A DNA stretch of 64,000 bases from Octopus vulgaris. Taxonomy: Eukaryota. The translations under genes were made by a program, and so were the position numbers. The notes under the pieces are model-generated. The model saw only the letters and a list, made by a program, of their open reading frames with translations. It did not search any database and was not told the origin of the DNA. Positions 41,400 through 53,994 of the stretch are shown piece by piece; position 1 is the first letter of the stretch; every line of letters begins with the position of its first letter. The stretch is from the NCBI GenBank assembly GCA_951406725.2, contig OX597819.1, positions 94,116,001 to 94,180,000 of the forward strand. Direction: 5' to 3'.

Positions 41400-43540
41400 A
41401 ATCATGCTTGCCGCTTTCAGTCACCTTTCAACAAATTTACTAAAGAGCAACACTTCCAGTTTTTATCTCCACCTACCTATTCAAGTGAAATCTGAAGAGG
41501 TCAAGGATGGCTCTGCTGAAGAGAGAAAGTGTCTGTTTGCAGTTCTTTCAGGGTAATTATTCCATGTCTTCAATGGCACATTGAGGAAATCCCATTGGCA
41601 CCTAATTAGATAGTTCCAACTGTCTGAGTAGGTACCAATGTACCTGAGTGTGTTTGTAAGGCCTTTACACCCACCCTCTTCTCTCAGCTAACTCCTTGCA
41701 ATCTCAGTACATATTTGTAACACTGTTACTAAATAACAGAATTTTCCCAAAAACACTTCTTAATAACTAAAAAAGTTGTGCCACTTTGCCACAGTCAGAG
41801 GAATACTAGTCTAAAAACAGAGTCTTCATTGCTGTTCATATCCAGCATCACTGGGTCTTAACAACTGAAAAAGTTGTGCCACCTTGCCATAGCCGGATGG
41901 TTACTAGTCTAAAAACAGTGTCTTCACTGCTGTTCATATCCAGCATCTCTGGGTCCAGTAAGATCATTCATACCTTAAGATCTAAGCCTTCCAAAATGCC
42001 AATGCCCCCCACCCATCATTACCACCAGCAGCACTACTGTATCCTCACTGGCTTAATGATGCACCCACATTATAGTAAAAGCTGTGTGAATGTATCCCAG
42101 AAATTCTGGTCTCATTGATGGCTACCACAGCTTAATTTAGTGGATTGAGACCATTGAACAAGTAACATTACTTCCAAGGAAGCTCCAGGGCATGTACATT
42201 TATACATCTTACACTGAGAATGGCTATTTTGGTGAGAGAAAAAGAAAGGGAGATGTTACTTGGAGAAGGCTGTGTAATCTAGTTTTCCCAATAGAGAGGG
42301 TTTCTTAAAACGTCTTCCTAAAATCTCTTTTTTCTGAAACAATCTTACATCATAATGATATTTTGATTTGAGAGTCATGTTAGTGTGCGAGTATGTATGT
42401 AAGAGTCATGTTGGTGTGTATGAATATGTATGTATGAAAAGTCTTAGTTAGAGTGTTTTGTGCATGAATTTTTCAAAAATCTCCTCTTTGGTATGTTTGC
42501 TTTTTGTTATTTATTATCTTCTCAATCAAGTCACAGTTAATCTTTTGAACAACAACAAAATGAATAAATTGGCAGGTCTTTTTGTGTTTGGCTATTGGTG
42601 TTGTTGCTGCTGCTGTTATTGTTTTTTCTTGTGTTTGTTTTGTTTATATTCTCTTTGTCGTTTATCTTATGTTTTTGTTTTTATTATTCTTGGCAGTAGT
42701 GATTACTGTTTGATTGGCTTTCTATGGCCCTATGGAACTCACTGACTCTAAGCATGAAGTGGCTTCTTTTATCTGTCTTTCACTTTCTCCCATGAGCACC
42801 AAACTCTTGCGATGAGCTTGCCTTGGCTTCTTTGCACAACATGAGACCTGGCGTACATAATGATGTGGGAAGAGATGCATGTACAAATGTCAGCATGAGG
42901 GAGGTCTTCATTTGATTGTAGAGCAGGTGGTGGAACTGTTCTTGGCTGTGTTGTTAGTCTCTGATATTGCTGATGTGTTGTTGATTTGGGAATTGTCGTT
43001 GCTGATGTTGTTGTTACTGCTATGGTTCAAGAGTTGACAGCAGTGTCGGTACCCTTCAGCTGGATACAGAAAGTCTTTTGATGGTATGTACCACTACATA
43101 TGAGACACATAGACTTTCTTCTTTCTGTCTCTGCAAACAGCTAGGTGACATTTATTAGCCGAGTTAGATCAGGAATGTTTTTGAGCATTTATGGACGTGT
43201 TTAGATCAACCAGTTCTCTAAACATAGTTTGGGCTTCTCTAAAAATATATCCACTTCTTCTTCACATAAAACAGCTGTCACCAGCTACCAGTTGTTTATT
43301 TTGGGTAGCACATACACCATGCTTACCTTCACCTATCACTGGTCCATGTACAAGGGAATGGTAATGAAATCTTCCCTCTTGACCAAAGCAGTGGAATGGC
43401 TTTTTGCTTAATCCTCAGAGAGGAATAATGCCTGTCACTAATGAAGAAGCTTAATAACTTCTTCATGCCTTTCAGGCACTTTTCCACCAGCATAAGCATT
43501 GAGTTTTCTATGGTTTTTGCTTTTAATGCCTATACATCGG
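41400..43540 (-). mobile_element. Heavily decayed, internally deleted L1/Tx1-type LINE (ORF1 zinc knuckle, APE start, ORF2 end)
   Basis: Reverse strand: CLICSGTYHQKTFC (CX2CX4HX4C) near 43067-43110; ILSVRCINVHAL...AVVAINETR (APE motifs I and II) near 42105-42225; ORF2-end-like sequence at 41400-41600. Confidence 0.65.
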
Positions 43541-43759
43541 TACATTAGGAGTCCATTTACTTCTTTCAGTTTTTTCACCCCTTTCAATCCCTAATCCAGT
43601 GGTTCTCGACTGGAGTCCATATAAGATTTTTGGGAGGCCCATGCTAGAAATGGAAACAAAAGAAGATAATGATGGTAGTAGTAGTAGTAATAATAATACT
43701 ACTACTAATAATAATAATAATAATAATATTAATAATAATAATAATAATAATAATCAAGA

Positions 43760-44857
43760 ACAAAACAGGCAAAGGAATATCTAAGTGAATTCCAAATGCA
43801 ACAAATTCCGGAATTAGACATAAGAGAAACAAGCACAGAAAAAGCTAAGTACATGAAAACCCATGCTAAAACTGCTGCCTTAGATATTCTGACAGATAAA
43901 TGGCAAGAAAATCCTCTCAATGGCAAATGCCCTAAGAGAGCGAATAATGCCGATGTTGACAAAGCCCTTACCCATCAATGGCTAATGGCAGCTGGCTTCA
44001 AATCTGAAACAGAAGGGTTTATCATTGCAGCCCAAGATCAATGCCTACCTACAAGGAACTACCAAGCCAACATATTAAAGAACAGCAGTAGCCCAATATG
44101 TCGTGTATGTCAACAACAAAATGAAACCATTTATCATGTTGTCTCCAAGTGCAGTCTTCTAGTGCCTACAGAATATCTCAACAGGCATGATAGAGCTACA
44201 CAATATATTCACTGGGTAATTTGTAAAAGCCTGGACTTGCCCCATGATAAAAACTGGTGGGAACACAAACCACCTCCAGTGCTTGAAAATGATCACATCT
44301 CACTCCTCTGGAACTTAACCATTCAAACTGACAGAAAGATAGATACGAATAGGCCAGACATCATATTGAAAGACTTCAGACAAAATCCATGCCTCCTCAT
44401 TGATATGACTGTCCCAATCGATATAAACGTATCTGCCAAGACCTACCAAAAACTAAGCAAATATAAAGATCTTGAAATAGAAATTAGCAAAATGTGGAAC
44501 CTGAAGACTAAAACTATACCTGTTGTCATAAGTGCCCTAGGAATGATAGCAAAAGGGGCTGATTGCTACCTAGCTCAGATACCAGGAAACACCAAAATGG
44601 CAGAAATTCAAAAGATAGTACTCATGGGAACTGCCCATATCCTATGCAAAATACTTTCTATGTAATCGCAAGTTTTAAAACAAACATAATTTTCCTATGG
44701 TTTCTTAAACATTCTCTAGAACAACACTATGTACAAAACCAAATATACGGCACCCTAGGCATAACATCAACATGAACTTGCAACTTTTTGTCTCTTGAGG
44801 TCTCTGGGTGAGACTTGGAGCCAACTTGTACAAATGTAAAGCAAAAGTCAAACATAA

Positions 44858-44910
<53 letters not shown>
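43760..44910 (+). mobile_element. 5'-truncated R4/Dong copy in (TAA)n
   Basis: ORF 43796-44665 (289 aa: CCHC and REL) and 3' UTR colinear with the 17365-21557 element; (TAA)n on both sides. Confidence 0.93.
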
Positions 44911-44913
<3 letters not shown>

Positions 44914-45909
44914 TGAGGTGGAGGAGGAGGAGGAGGAGGAGGAGAAGTTATAATAATAATAATAACAGTAATAATAATTTCTTTAGTTGCCAGAAAGGCA
45001 ATGGATAATGATGTATAACAAGAACAAATAAGGAAAAACTGGTTGGTTTGTGGAGAGCAGAGATTGCATTGATTTGATTATGAAAAGACAGACATGAAAG
45101 GTACCAGTATAAAAGTAAAGTACTAGTAAGAGGACAGCTATCTGGAGCCAATCAGAGTTTTTCATAGATCCCAGATTACTATGAGTACACTCATCTAATT
45201 GTATTCTCCTACCTACAGGTGCAAGCTGAGAGTAGGCCCATTCGCTCTCACTCACCTTTCAGCAAGCTTACTGGAAATCATACCCTCTTTCTCTCTTTCT
45301 CTCTCTCCCTCTCTCCCTCTCTTTCACACACTTTCTTTCTCTCTTTCTCTTGCTCACTCTCTCTCTCTCTCTCTCTCTCTCTGTACCATCATCTTCCTTT
45401 CTCAGTAATCTTCTTTTCTCAGTAATACATGAAGAAGTTGATCAAGAAGAAAAGTGTCTATTTTCAGTCATTTCAATCATCTGCACCATTCAACCTCTTT
45501 CACCATAGCCAGTAGACAGGAGGAAAACTACCAACCCTTCTCAACCAAAGGAAAGGTGTTTGCAGTGATAATATCAAATATTAATAACATTTAATGTGAC
45601 AAGATGTTTTATCCTTATACTCATTATTATTATCAGTATGATAAACATCACTATTTATAATATAGCAAATTCATATTATTGCCCATGCACTCTGTTTCCT
45701 CTATGTTTGACACTAACACTACTATCATTTAGTATATAAAACTGCCATCGATGATGAAGCCTTACAAAGTAACAAACTGAAAATTCTTATTTCAGCCAAT
45801 TTCTTTACATTTTTTTATGTTTCCTCTTGCTCTCATCCTAATATACCCATTTTGCTTTTTTTTTTCTTTTTTCTTTTTTTTTTTTTGGTAAATTGTTATT
45901 TCTCTTCAG

Positions 45910-45933
45910 CTTTTCAGTCACATATATCTTCAG
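45910..45933 (+). CDS. Candidate 24-nt frame-preserving microexon of Cav3
   Basis: Long T/C tract, tgttatttctcttcag|CTTTTCAGTCACATATATCTTCAG|gtaggt; no stop in any frame. Confidence 0.3.
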
Positions 45934-46742
45934 GTAGGTTTTTTAACTCCCTCTTTCTCTCGCTCTCTCTCTGCTTTGAATTATTCCTTTTTCATTGTCT
46001 TTGGGGCTTTTTACTCATTTTCTATGTTCTAATGTGAGTGGCATGTTAATGAATGTCTAATATAATTTGCATGGTTATCTTCATTCCAGCAGTCCTACCC
46101 CACAATAACATATTACAGAAAATTTCCTCAGCCATTATGTGAAGCTTGCTTTGTCTTTATCATTACTGTTTTTTGCTGCTATTGTCAGTGTCTTTATTTG
46201 AATCAGCTTTGAGTAAACATATGCTTTTTTGTGACATCACTTCAAAATGGATACATTATCTGATTGTGTCAAGCAAAATAAACTTTCAAACATTTAAGTA
46301 AAATAATTATAATAATAAATACCAAAACTTATCTGAATTATAATCATAATATATAGATATTAGAATTATCAGTGTTAATATTTGTGGACCATTTTGTTTT
46401 GTTTGGGGGGTTTTTTTTTTTGTTTTTCCTTTTGATTTTTTATGCTTATTTTGGCATAGTTTAGAAAAAGAGCGTAAAAATATACTCTTATAAAATTAAT
46501 ATCTGCTTCAACAACTATTTCTTACATGTTGATTAAATAAGTAGGATGTAAAATAGTCAATTTTATTGAATTAATTTTTGGACAAACTGTAAAAGGATAG
46601 TGAATATGAAAGGGAACACAAAAACCTTTTTACGTGTATTTTAAAATTTGAGATTTCTGTAATTAAACAAGGAGCCAATTTACACGTGAAACAAATTTGA
46701 TTTTCTCATGAAAATTTCATTTTAAACAATGTGTGTGCGTGT

Positions 46743-46779
<37 letters not shown>

Positions 46780-46883
46780 GAAAGACATGTTTGCAAGTGC
46801 ATTTTTTATTTATTCATTTATTTATCGCTTATGCAAAGTCCTCAGAATGTACATGCTGAAAGTCTCATACAGAATTTCACATC

Positions 46884-46922
<39 letters not shown>

Positions 46923-46926
<4 letters not shown>

Positions 46927-49587
46927 ACTGCAGACCACCTCATCGACGAACGACAGGGACCTTCTCTTTGTGGCTGGTGATTTCAATGGGCATGTTGGAC
47001 GACATGCTGGGGGCTTCCATGGCGTACATGGAGGCTACGGTTATGGTTCCCGCAACGAGGAGGGAACCAGGCTGCTGGAGTTCTGCGATGCGAATAGTCT
47101 TATGGTCTGCAACACTAACTTCAGGAAACCAACAAGCCACCTGGTCACCTACCGATCGGGCCGGCATACTAGCCAAATCGACTACATCCTTGCCAGAAAA
47201 AGGGAAAGATGGCTGCTTAAAAATGCCAAAACCTTCCCAGGCGAAGAATGTACCCCACAACATAGACTGGTAGTTAGTGACTTTAGGATCAGGACTAAGA
47301 GGGCGACTAGAAGACGACCAACATGGAGAAGAAGGGTCTGGAAGCTTAAAGCCCCTGCGAATGGACAGAGATTTAGAGATATGTTACTTGAAGCCTTCGA
47401 CGAAGTGGAAGGGGGTATAGCTACACATGGGGTAGAAGACAACTGGACGTTTCTGAGGGACAACCTGCTGAAAGCCGCTGACCAGATCTGTGGCTGGTGC
47501 AAAGTCCCCTTAAGACCCAAAATAACGTGGTGGTGGAACAATATTGTTGACAGGGCTATTAGACAAAAGAAACAGGCTTGGAAGGCCTGGAAGAACGGTG
47601 GTAGCAGGGAAGGGTATCAGACTGCCAGAAGGGAAGCTAGGAGACAGGTCTATCTAGCCAGAGGGGAAGCAGATAAGAGAAAATTTGCCAATGTCCTGCG
47701 CCGTGAAGATGAAAGACTTGAGGTATTTCGTGTTGCAAGACAGTGTGTGAGAGAGAATCGTGATGTGGTAGGAGAGAAATGTGTTCGCATGGAGGATGGT
47801 TCACTTGCGCTAAATGAGGATGCAAAGAGAGAAGCTTGGAGACGCCACTATGAAAGGTTACTGAATGAGGAAAATGAATGGGATAAAGAGAGTCTGCCGA
47901 ATGTTGACCCTACAGAGGGACCAGCTATCCGAGTTGATAGTTCCGTGGTAGCTAAGGCAATTAGAAGCATGAAGACAGGAAAGCCCCAGGCCCATCAGGA
48001 ATTACTGCAGAGATGCTCAAAATATCTGGCAGTGTCGGCTATAACCTAGTCACCCGTATAGTCAACCAGGTGATACACGAAGGAGTCATACCCAATGACT
48101 GGTGCAGCAGCATACTAGTCAACTGCTACAAAGGTAAAGGTGATGCCCTAGATACAAATAATTACAGAGGTATCAAGCTGTTGGATCAAGTAATGAAGGT
48201 TACGGAGAGGGTCATAGCCCAACTAATTAGAGAGAGAGTTAGTTTAGATGAGATGCAGTTTGGGTTCGTGCCAGGGAAAAGTACCACTGATGCTATATTC
48301 CTGGTAAGGCAGCTGCAGGAGAAATACCTAGCCAAAGATAAGCCCCTGTACCTGGCTTTCGTTGACATGGAGAAAGCTTTTGATAGGGTCCCCCGATCCC
48401 TTATCTGGTGGTCAATGAGGAAACTAGGGATAGATGAATGGCTGGTGAGGACTGTGCAAGCCATGTACAGAGATGCCGTAAGTAAGGTTAGGGTTGGCAA
48501 CATGTACACAGAAGAATTCAAAGTAGAGGTTGGGGTCCACCAGGGTTCAGTACTCAGCCCCCTCCTATTTATCATAGTACTCCAGGCAATTACGGAGGAA
48601 TTCAAGACAGGCTGTCCCTGGGAGCTCCTCTACGCTGACGACCTTGCTCTTATTGCTGAGTCACTATCAGAACTGGAGGAGAAGTTCCAGGTGTGGAAGG
48701 AGGGTTTAGAATCAAGGGGCCTTAGAGTCAACCTAGCTAAAACCAAAGTACTAATAAGTAGAAAGGTAGACAATCCACAAATATCTTCAGGAAGATGGCC
48801 CTGCTCGATCTGTAGAAAAGGTGTAGGTAGAAACTCTATAAGATGTACCCAGTGTAAGCTATGGACACATAAGAGGTGCAGCAATGTCAAAGGTAGGCTA
48901 ACTGGGAAGATAGTTTTTGTATGTGGCAGATGCTCGGGAGCATTAACCTCCGAAAATCTGCAGAAAACAACTTCCGTCACTTTCCAGGGGGAAAAACTAG
49001 AAGTAGTTGATAGCTTCCGTTATCTAGGTGACCAAGTCAGTAGTGGGGGTGGGTGCGCTGAAAGTGTAACTGCTAGAATAAGAATAGCCTGGGCAAAGTT
49101 TAGGGAGCTCTTACCTCTGCTGGTGACTAAAGGCCTCTCGCTCAGAGTAAAAGGCAGACTGTATGATGCGTGTGTACGAACAGCCATGCTACATGGCAGC
49201 GAAACATGGGCCGTGACTGCTGAGGACATGCGTAAGCTCGTGAGGAATGAAGCCAGTATGCTCCGATGGATGTGTAATGTCAGTGTACATACTCGACAGA
49301 GCGTTAGCACCTTGAGAGAAATGTTGTACCTAAGAAGCATCAGTTGTGGTGTGCAAGAGAGACGATTGCGCTGGTATGGTCATGTGGCGAGAATGGATGA
49401 AGATAGGTGTGTGAGAAAGTGCCAATCCCTAGCAGTTGAGGGAACCCGTGGAAGAGGTAGACCCAAGAAAACCTGGGACGAGGTGGTGAAGCACGACCTT
49501 CGAACTTTAGGCCTCACTGAGGAAATGACCAGAGACCGAGACCTTTGGAAATATTCTGTACGTGAGAAGACCAGGCAGGACAAGTGA
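46923..49587 (+). CDS. RTE ORF: partial APE endonuclease, RT and PHD finger (1-nt frameshift at ~47978-47982)
   Basis: Restoring one base gives KTGKAPGPSGITAEML. YRGIKLL, QFGF, FVDMEKAFDRV, GVHQGSVLSPLLF, YADD, CSIC..CTQC..HKRC..CGRC, FRYLG, RRLRWYGHVARM, RGRPKKTW. Confidence 0.93.
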
Positions 49588-49670
49588 GCCCAGCCCACTT
49601 ATGAATGCCTTTCCTCCCTTGGACACAAAGACCGGTTGAGGCAAGCGAAGTCGATATAGAACCTCATCCG

Positions 49671-50125
49671 ACGACAGACACCCATGCCAACCCCCCATGC
49701 TTGCGAAGACATGTTGGGGCAAGCGAAATCGAAATCGAAACCGAATTGAACCAGCCAGGATCCCTGGCCTGGTGGTACGTAAAAAGCACTATCCGACTCG
49801 TGGCCGTGGCACGTAAAATACTCCAATGCGACCGTACGACAGGCACCCATGCCAACCCCCTTTGCTTGTGAAGACATGTTGGGGCAAGCGAAATCGAAAT
49901 CGAATTGAACCAGCCAGGATCCCTGGTCTGATGGTACGTAAAAAGCACTATCCGACTCGTGGCCGTGGCACGTAAAATACTCCAATGCGACCGTACGACA
50001 GGCACCCTTGCCAACCCCCTTTGCTTGTGAAGACATGTTGGGGCAAGCGAAATCGAAATCGAATTGAACCAGCCAGGATCCCTGGTCTGGTGGTACGTAA
50101 AAAGCACTATCCGACTCATGGCCGA
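49671..50125 (+). repeat. ~160-bp tandem repeat (about 2.8 copies) in the RTE 3' UTR
   Basis: Units begin acgacag at 49671, 49836 and 49995 and are nearly identical. Confidence 0.92.
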
Positions 50126-50413
50126 TGCCAGCACCGCCTCGACTGGCTTCCGTGCCGGTGGCACATAAAATACACCAATCTGACCGTGGCCGTTGCCAGC
50201 CCCGCCTGGCACCTGTGCAGGTGGCACGTAAAAAGCACCCACTACACTCACGGAGTGGTTGGCGTTAGGAAGGGCATCCAGCTGTAGAAACATTGCCAAA
50301 TTTAGACTGGAGCCTGGTGCAGCCTTCTGGCTTCCCAGAACCCCGGTCGAACCGTCCAACCCATGCTAGCATGGAGAACGGACGTTAAACGACGATGATG
50401 ATGATGATGATGA

Positions 50414-50475
<62 letters not shown>

Positions 50476-50476
50476 T

Positions 50477-51022
50477 AATAATAATAATAACAATCCATGG
50501 ATGGAATTTCTAAATATATTTTAATGCATTGTTACACACATTTCCACAAGTTACATGTTTCTTATGGTCATAGTCCATATTCCAGAGATGATTACAGTAC
50601 AGTTTGTAGTATCCAAGGACATTGGGTAGATCTTCGTCCATGTGTTCATTTCTTCAGGCAATATGGCACTAATGTTGGAAGCAAAGAATGTATAACTCAA
50701 GGATGTTTATCAATTTTCACCAATCAAAAGGTCAGTTAGGGTGTGTGGGCAGTTCTGTCTGTATTTGGTAGGGAGGAATAGAAGGTAATGGAAAGAGAAC
50801 AACTGCATGGTAAGTAATACAGTTTACAAATGTGAAGTGAAGATGGTACACAAAAATATGTATACTTTGGTGGTACCAGAAACACCATGAAAATTGCCTG
50901 AGCAACCATTTATGGATTGTACTGTAATCATTCCAAAAATACAGACTACGATCAAAAGAAACATATGATTTGTGGAAACACACATAACTATACATTAAAA
51001 TATTTATAAATTTCATCCATGG

Positions 51023-51045
<23 letters not shown>
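50477..51045. repeat. Old fold-back element with diverged inverted arms and decayed hammerhead-like motifs
   Basis: (TAA)n-aatccatggatggaattt...gattacagtaca is mirrored by tgtactgtaatc...aaatttcatccatggatt-(TTA)n. The interior has GTGAAGA-TGGTAC...GTACCA-GAAAC at 50837-50883. Confidence 0.7.
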
Positions 51046-51054
<9 letters not shown>

Positions 51055-51494
51055 CATTATTTACTTTTCATCTTTTGAGGGTTGATAAAATAAGTACCAG
51101 GAATCGAACCCACAACCTCACGATCGTAAGTTCGACACTCTAACCACTGAGCCTTGTGCCTTCACACACACACACACATATACATATATACTCTATATAT
51201 ATAAATATATACATCATTATCATCATCGTTTAACATCCGTTTTCCATGCTGGTATGGGTTGGATGGTTCGACTGGGGTCTGGGAAGTCAGGAGGCTGCAC
51301 CAGGCCTCAATCTGATCTGGCAGTGTTTCTACAGCTGGATACCATTCTTAATGCCAACCAGTCTGAGAGTATGGTGGGTGCTTTTTACGTGCTACTGGCA
51401 TGGGGCTCACAACTACAATTTCCATTTGATTTGATTTTGATATTGTTGATGTTGATATACTTATATATATATAAAGCTTATTTCTGAGAGAAAA

Positions 51495-51546
<52 letters not shown>

Positions 51547-52128
51547 GTTGTGTGTGCATAAATTTCACAGAAACAAGTTTGAATATTAAAATTTAGAATA
51601 TGATTATGAATTTGTTTAAATTTTGGATCTAGTCAGTTAATTAATCCCAGAGGATCCTTTTTTCAAATTGTATAGAATTTCAAATTCTATAAACTTTATA
51701 GAAAGAACTCAAGAAAGTGCTCTGCTAATGTCATACAGCACTCAATACAAGATTAGTCACTAACAAAATAGTTAATTAATTACTGGATTATATTGACGCA
51801 TTTTGTTATTCTGTCTTTGTTTCAGTGAAGAGCAATGGAAATTAAATACATAAGAAATAGTTGCTGAGGACTCCTTTTCTGAATTCAATCATGAATTTCA
51901 GTTCTATTCTCAACTTTTAATCTAAATATGCTATTCATATTTCCATTAAAGACAGTGCAATGACTTTAATGGAAAAGCTGTTAATGTCATCTTGACTGGA
52001 ATTGTAAGGTTAGCAGAACATGTTATGTTCACATGAAACTTGGATATGGTAACCAAAAGGAAAAACACATATATCAATCAATGCCCTGTGAGTGAATTTG
52101 GTAAATGGAAACAAGAGAAAGCTTGTTT

Positions 52129-52161
<33 letters not shown>

Positions 52162-52380
52162 AGATGTGCTGGTGGCACATAAAAAGGCACATAGTAAAGT
52201 GGTAGGCATTATGTAGAATTTCCAGCCATAAATGTAGACAGTGGAGCATGTTACAGTTTCAGGAGCTATTGGATCTTGTCAAGCTGTCTACCCATGGAAC
52301 AAGAATGTTAAAAAGTGGTGGTGGTGGTGGTGGTGATGATGATGATGATGCTGATGGTATGTGTGTCTCTGTGTGTGTGT

Positions 52381-52700
52381 GAAAGCATGTGGCTTAGTGG
52401 TTAAGGTATTCAGCTTAAGATTGTAAGATCATGAGTTCAATTCCTGGTGACGTGCTGTGTCCTTGGGCAAGACACTATTTCACGTTGCTCCAGTCCACTC
52501 AGCTGACTAAAATGAGTAGTGCCTGTATTTTAAAGGGCCAGCTTTGTCACACACTGTGTCGTACTGAATCTCTCTGAGAACTACATTAAGGGTACATGTG
52601 TTTGTGGAGTACTCAGCCATTTGCATGTTAATTTCACAAGCCAGCTGTTCCATTGATCAGATCAGCTGGAACCCATGTCATAATAACTGACGGAGTGCCA
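52381..52700 (+). mobile_element. SINE, family D-like head with CORE-like segment
   Basis: gtggcttagtggttaag...gagttcaattcc...gtccttgggcaagacac; the body matches 30410-30560 in reverse. Confidence 0.75.
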
Positions 52701-52740
52701 TATGTGTGTGTATGTGTGTGTGTGTCTGTGTGTGTGTGTG

Positions 52741-52773
<33 letters not shown>

Positions 52774-53264
52774 GATGGATGGATGGATGGATAGATAGAT
52801 AGGTTATAGACTCTCTCATTGTTAAACAACATATGAGGGTTCTGCAATTTCTCACCAAAGAAACACGTAAATGGTTTGTTTATAGTGATCAAAGGTTTGT
52901 GTTCACAATAAGTTCACTGCCTCCATCGAATCGACATTACCTGTACAAGTATACAATGTGCCACATGTCAAATGGTGAAATGATTGCAAAGCAACAGGAA
53001 ATGAAGTGTCTTGCTCAAGAACACAGTGGAATGCCCAGTCTGGAAATCAAAATCATGATGTTACAATCTTGAGTGCAACACCCAAACCACTAAACCATAT
53101 AATTTTACATACATACCTACATACATACATATATATATATGCCTATAAAACGGATTTACAAATTCAATACCCCTGTATATCTTACATCTATTTTCTTTCC
53201 TCCACCTCACTCTCTATTTTGTATCACATCGAAACTAACTATGACTTAACTATCCTTTCATACT

Positions 53265-53316
53265 GTCTCCGATGAAGGGATATTATTAATTAATATCCTA
53301 GAAACAGCCGAAAGAC
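53265..53316 (+). ncRNA. Decayed minimal type I hammerhead motif in a TA-flanked PLE-like relic (~53141-53390)
   Basis: GTCT-CCGATGA-AGGGATATTA ttaat TAATATCCTA-GAAACAGCCGAA-AGAC; stem I GTCT/AGAC, 8-9-bp stem II; stem III two changes away from ACAGCTGTA. Confidence 0.65.
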
Positions 53317-53994
53317 CTTCTGTCTATAAATGCCCTAATATCTATACAGCCTTGGTTTTTTATCTTATTATGCAAAAAATTCTGATATATATATATATAT
53401 ATTTATATATTATATATTGGAGACAGGAGTGTGTTACCATCAGTCTTCCATCAATTATTGCCATTAGACAAAACTGATATCTCTTTAGACATGCTGACCA
53501 GAAGCATATTTATCATTGCTTATTTATTCCCCACTTTTAATTTGAGCTCTGGTTAATCACTTCTCACAAAAGAATTATTTTGAGTATGACTGTATAACTT
53601 TGAAATATTTATTCCTATAATTACTATAACAGCTCATTTCATTAAGTTAATTCTGGATGAATGTCTGACTTCTAGAGACATGACTATGTCTGATAATAAA
53701 ATACATTATCTATTTATTTCAAAAAATAACTCGATTTTATTTTGAAGTAAGTGTCTCTTCGTATTAGTTATAGATCATTAGATATAGATGTATATATTTA
53801 CAGTTAGTTTTACTTATATTTATAGACAGACAATAGATAGACAGATACACATACACGCATACATACACTTATATGTGTGCTTGTGTGTGTGTGTGCATGC
53901 ATGTGTCTGTGTGTGTATGAGTGAGTGTGTGTGTGTGTATGAGTGAGTGTGTGTGTGTGTGTGTGTGCGTGTGTGTTGAGATATATATATATTG

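Larger units (their letters stand above)
46922..50417 (+). mobile_element. Young 5'-truncated RTE-clade LINE inserted in (TA)n
   Basis: APE (AGDFNGHVG, QIDYIL, QHRLV), RT and 3' UTR ending in (GAT)n; (TA)n on both sides. Confidence 0.95.

Noticed and set aside
45219-45290. Good branch point and acceptor (ctaat...ctacag|GTG)
   Set aside because: No convincing donor before the CT repeat and no Cav3 similarity in any frame.
46733-46922. N-terminus of the 438-aa ORF
   Set aside because: Read-through from (GT)n/(TA)n flank; the RTE is 5'-truncated at ~46922.
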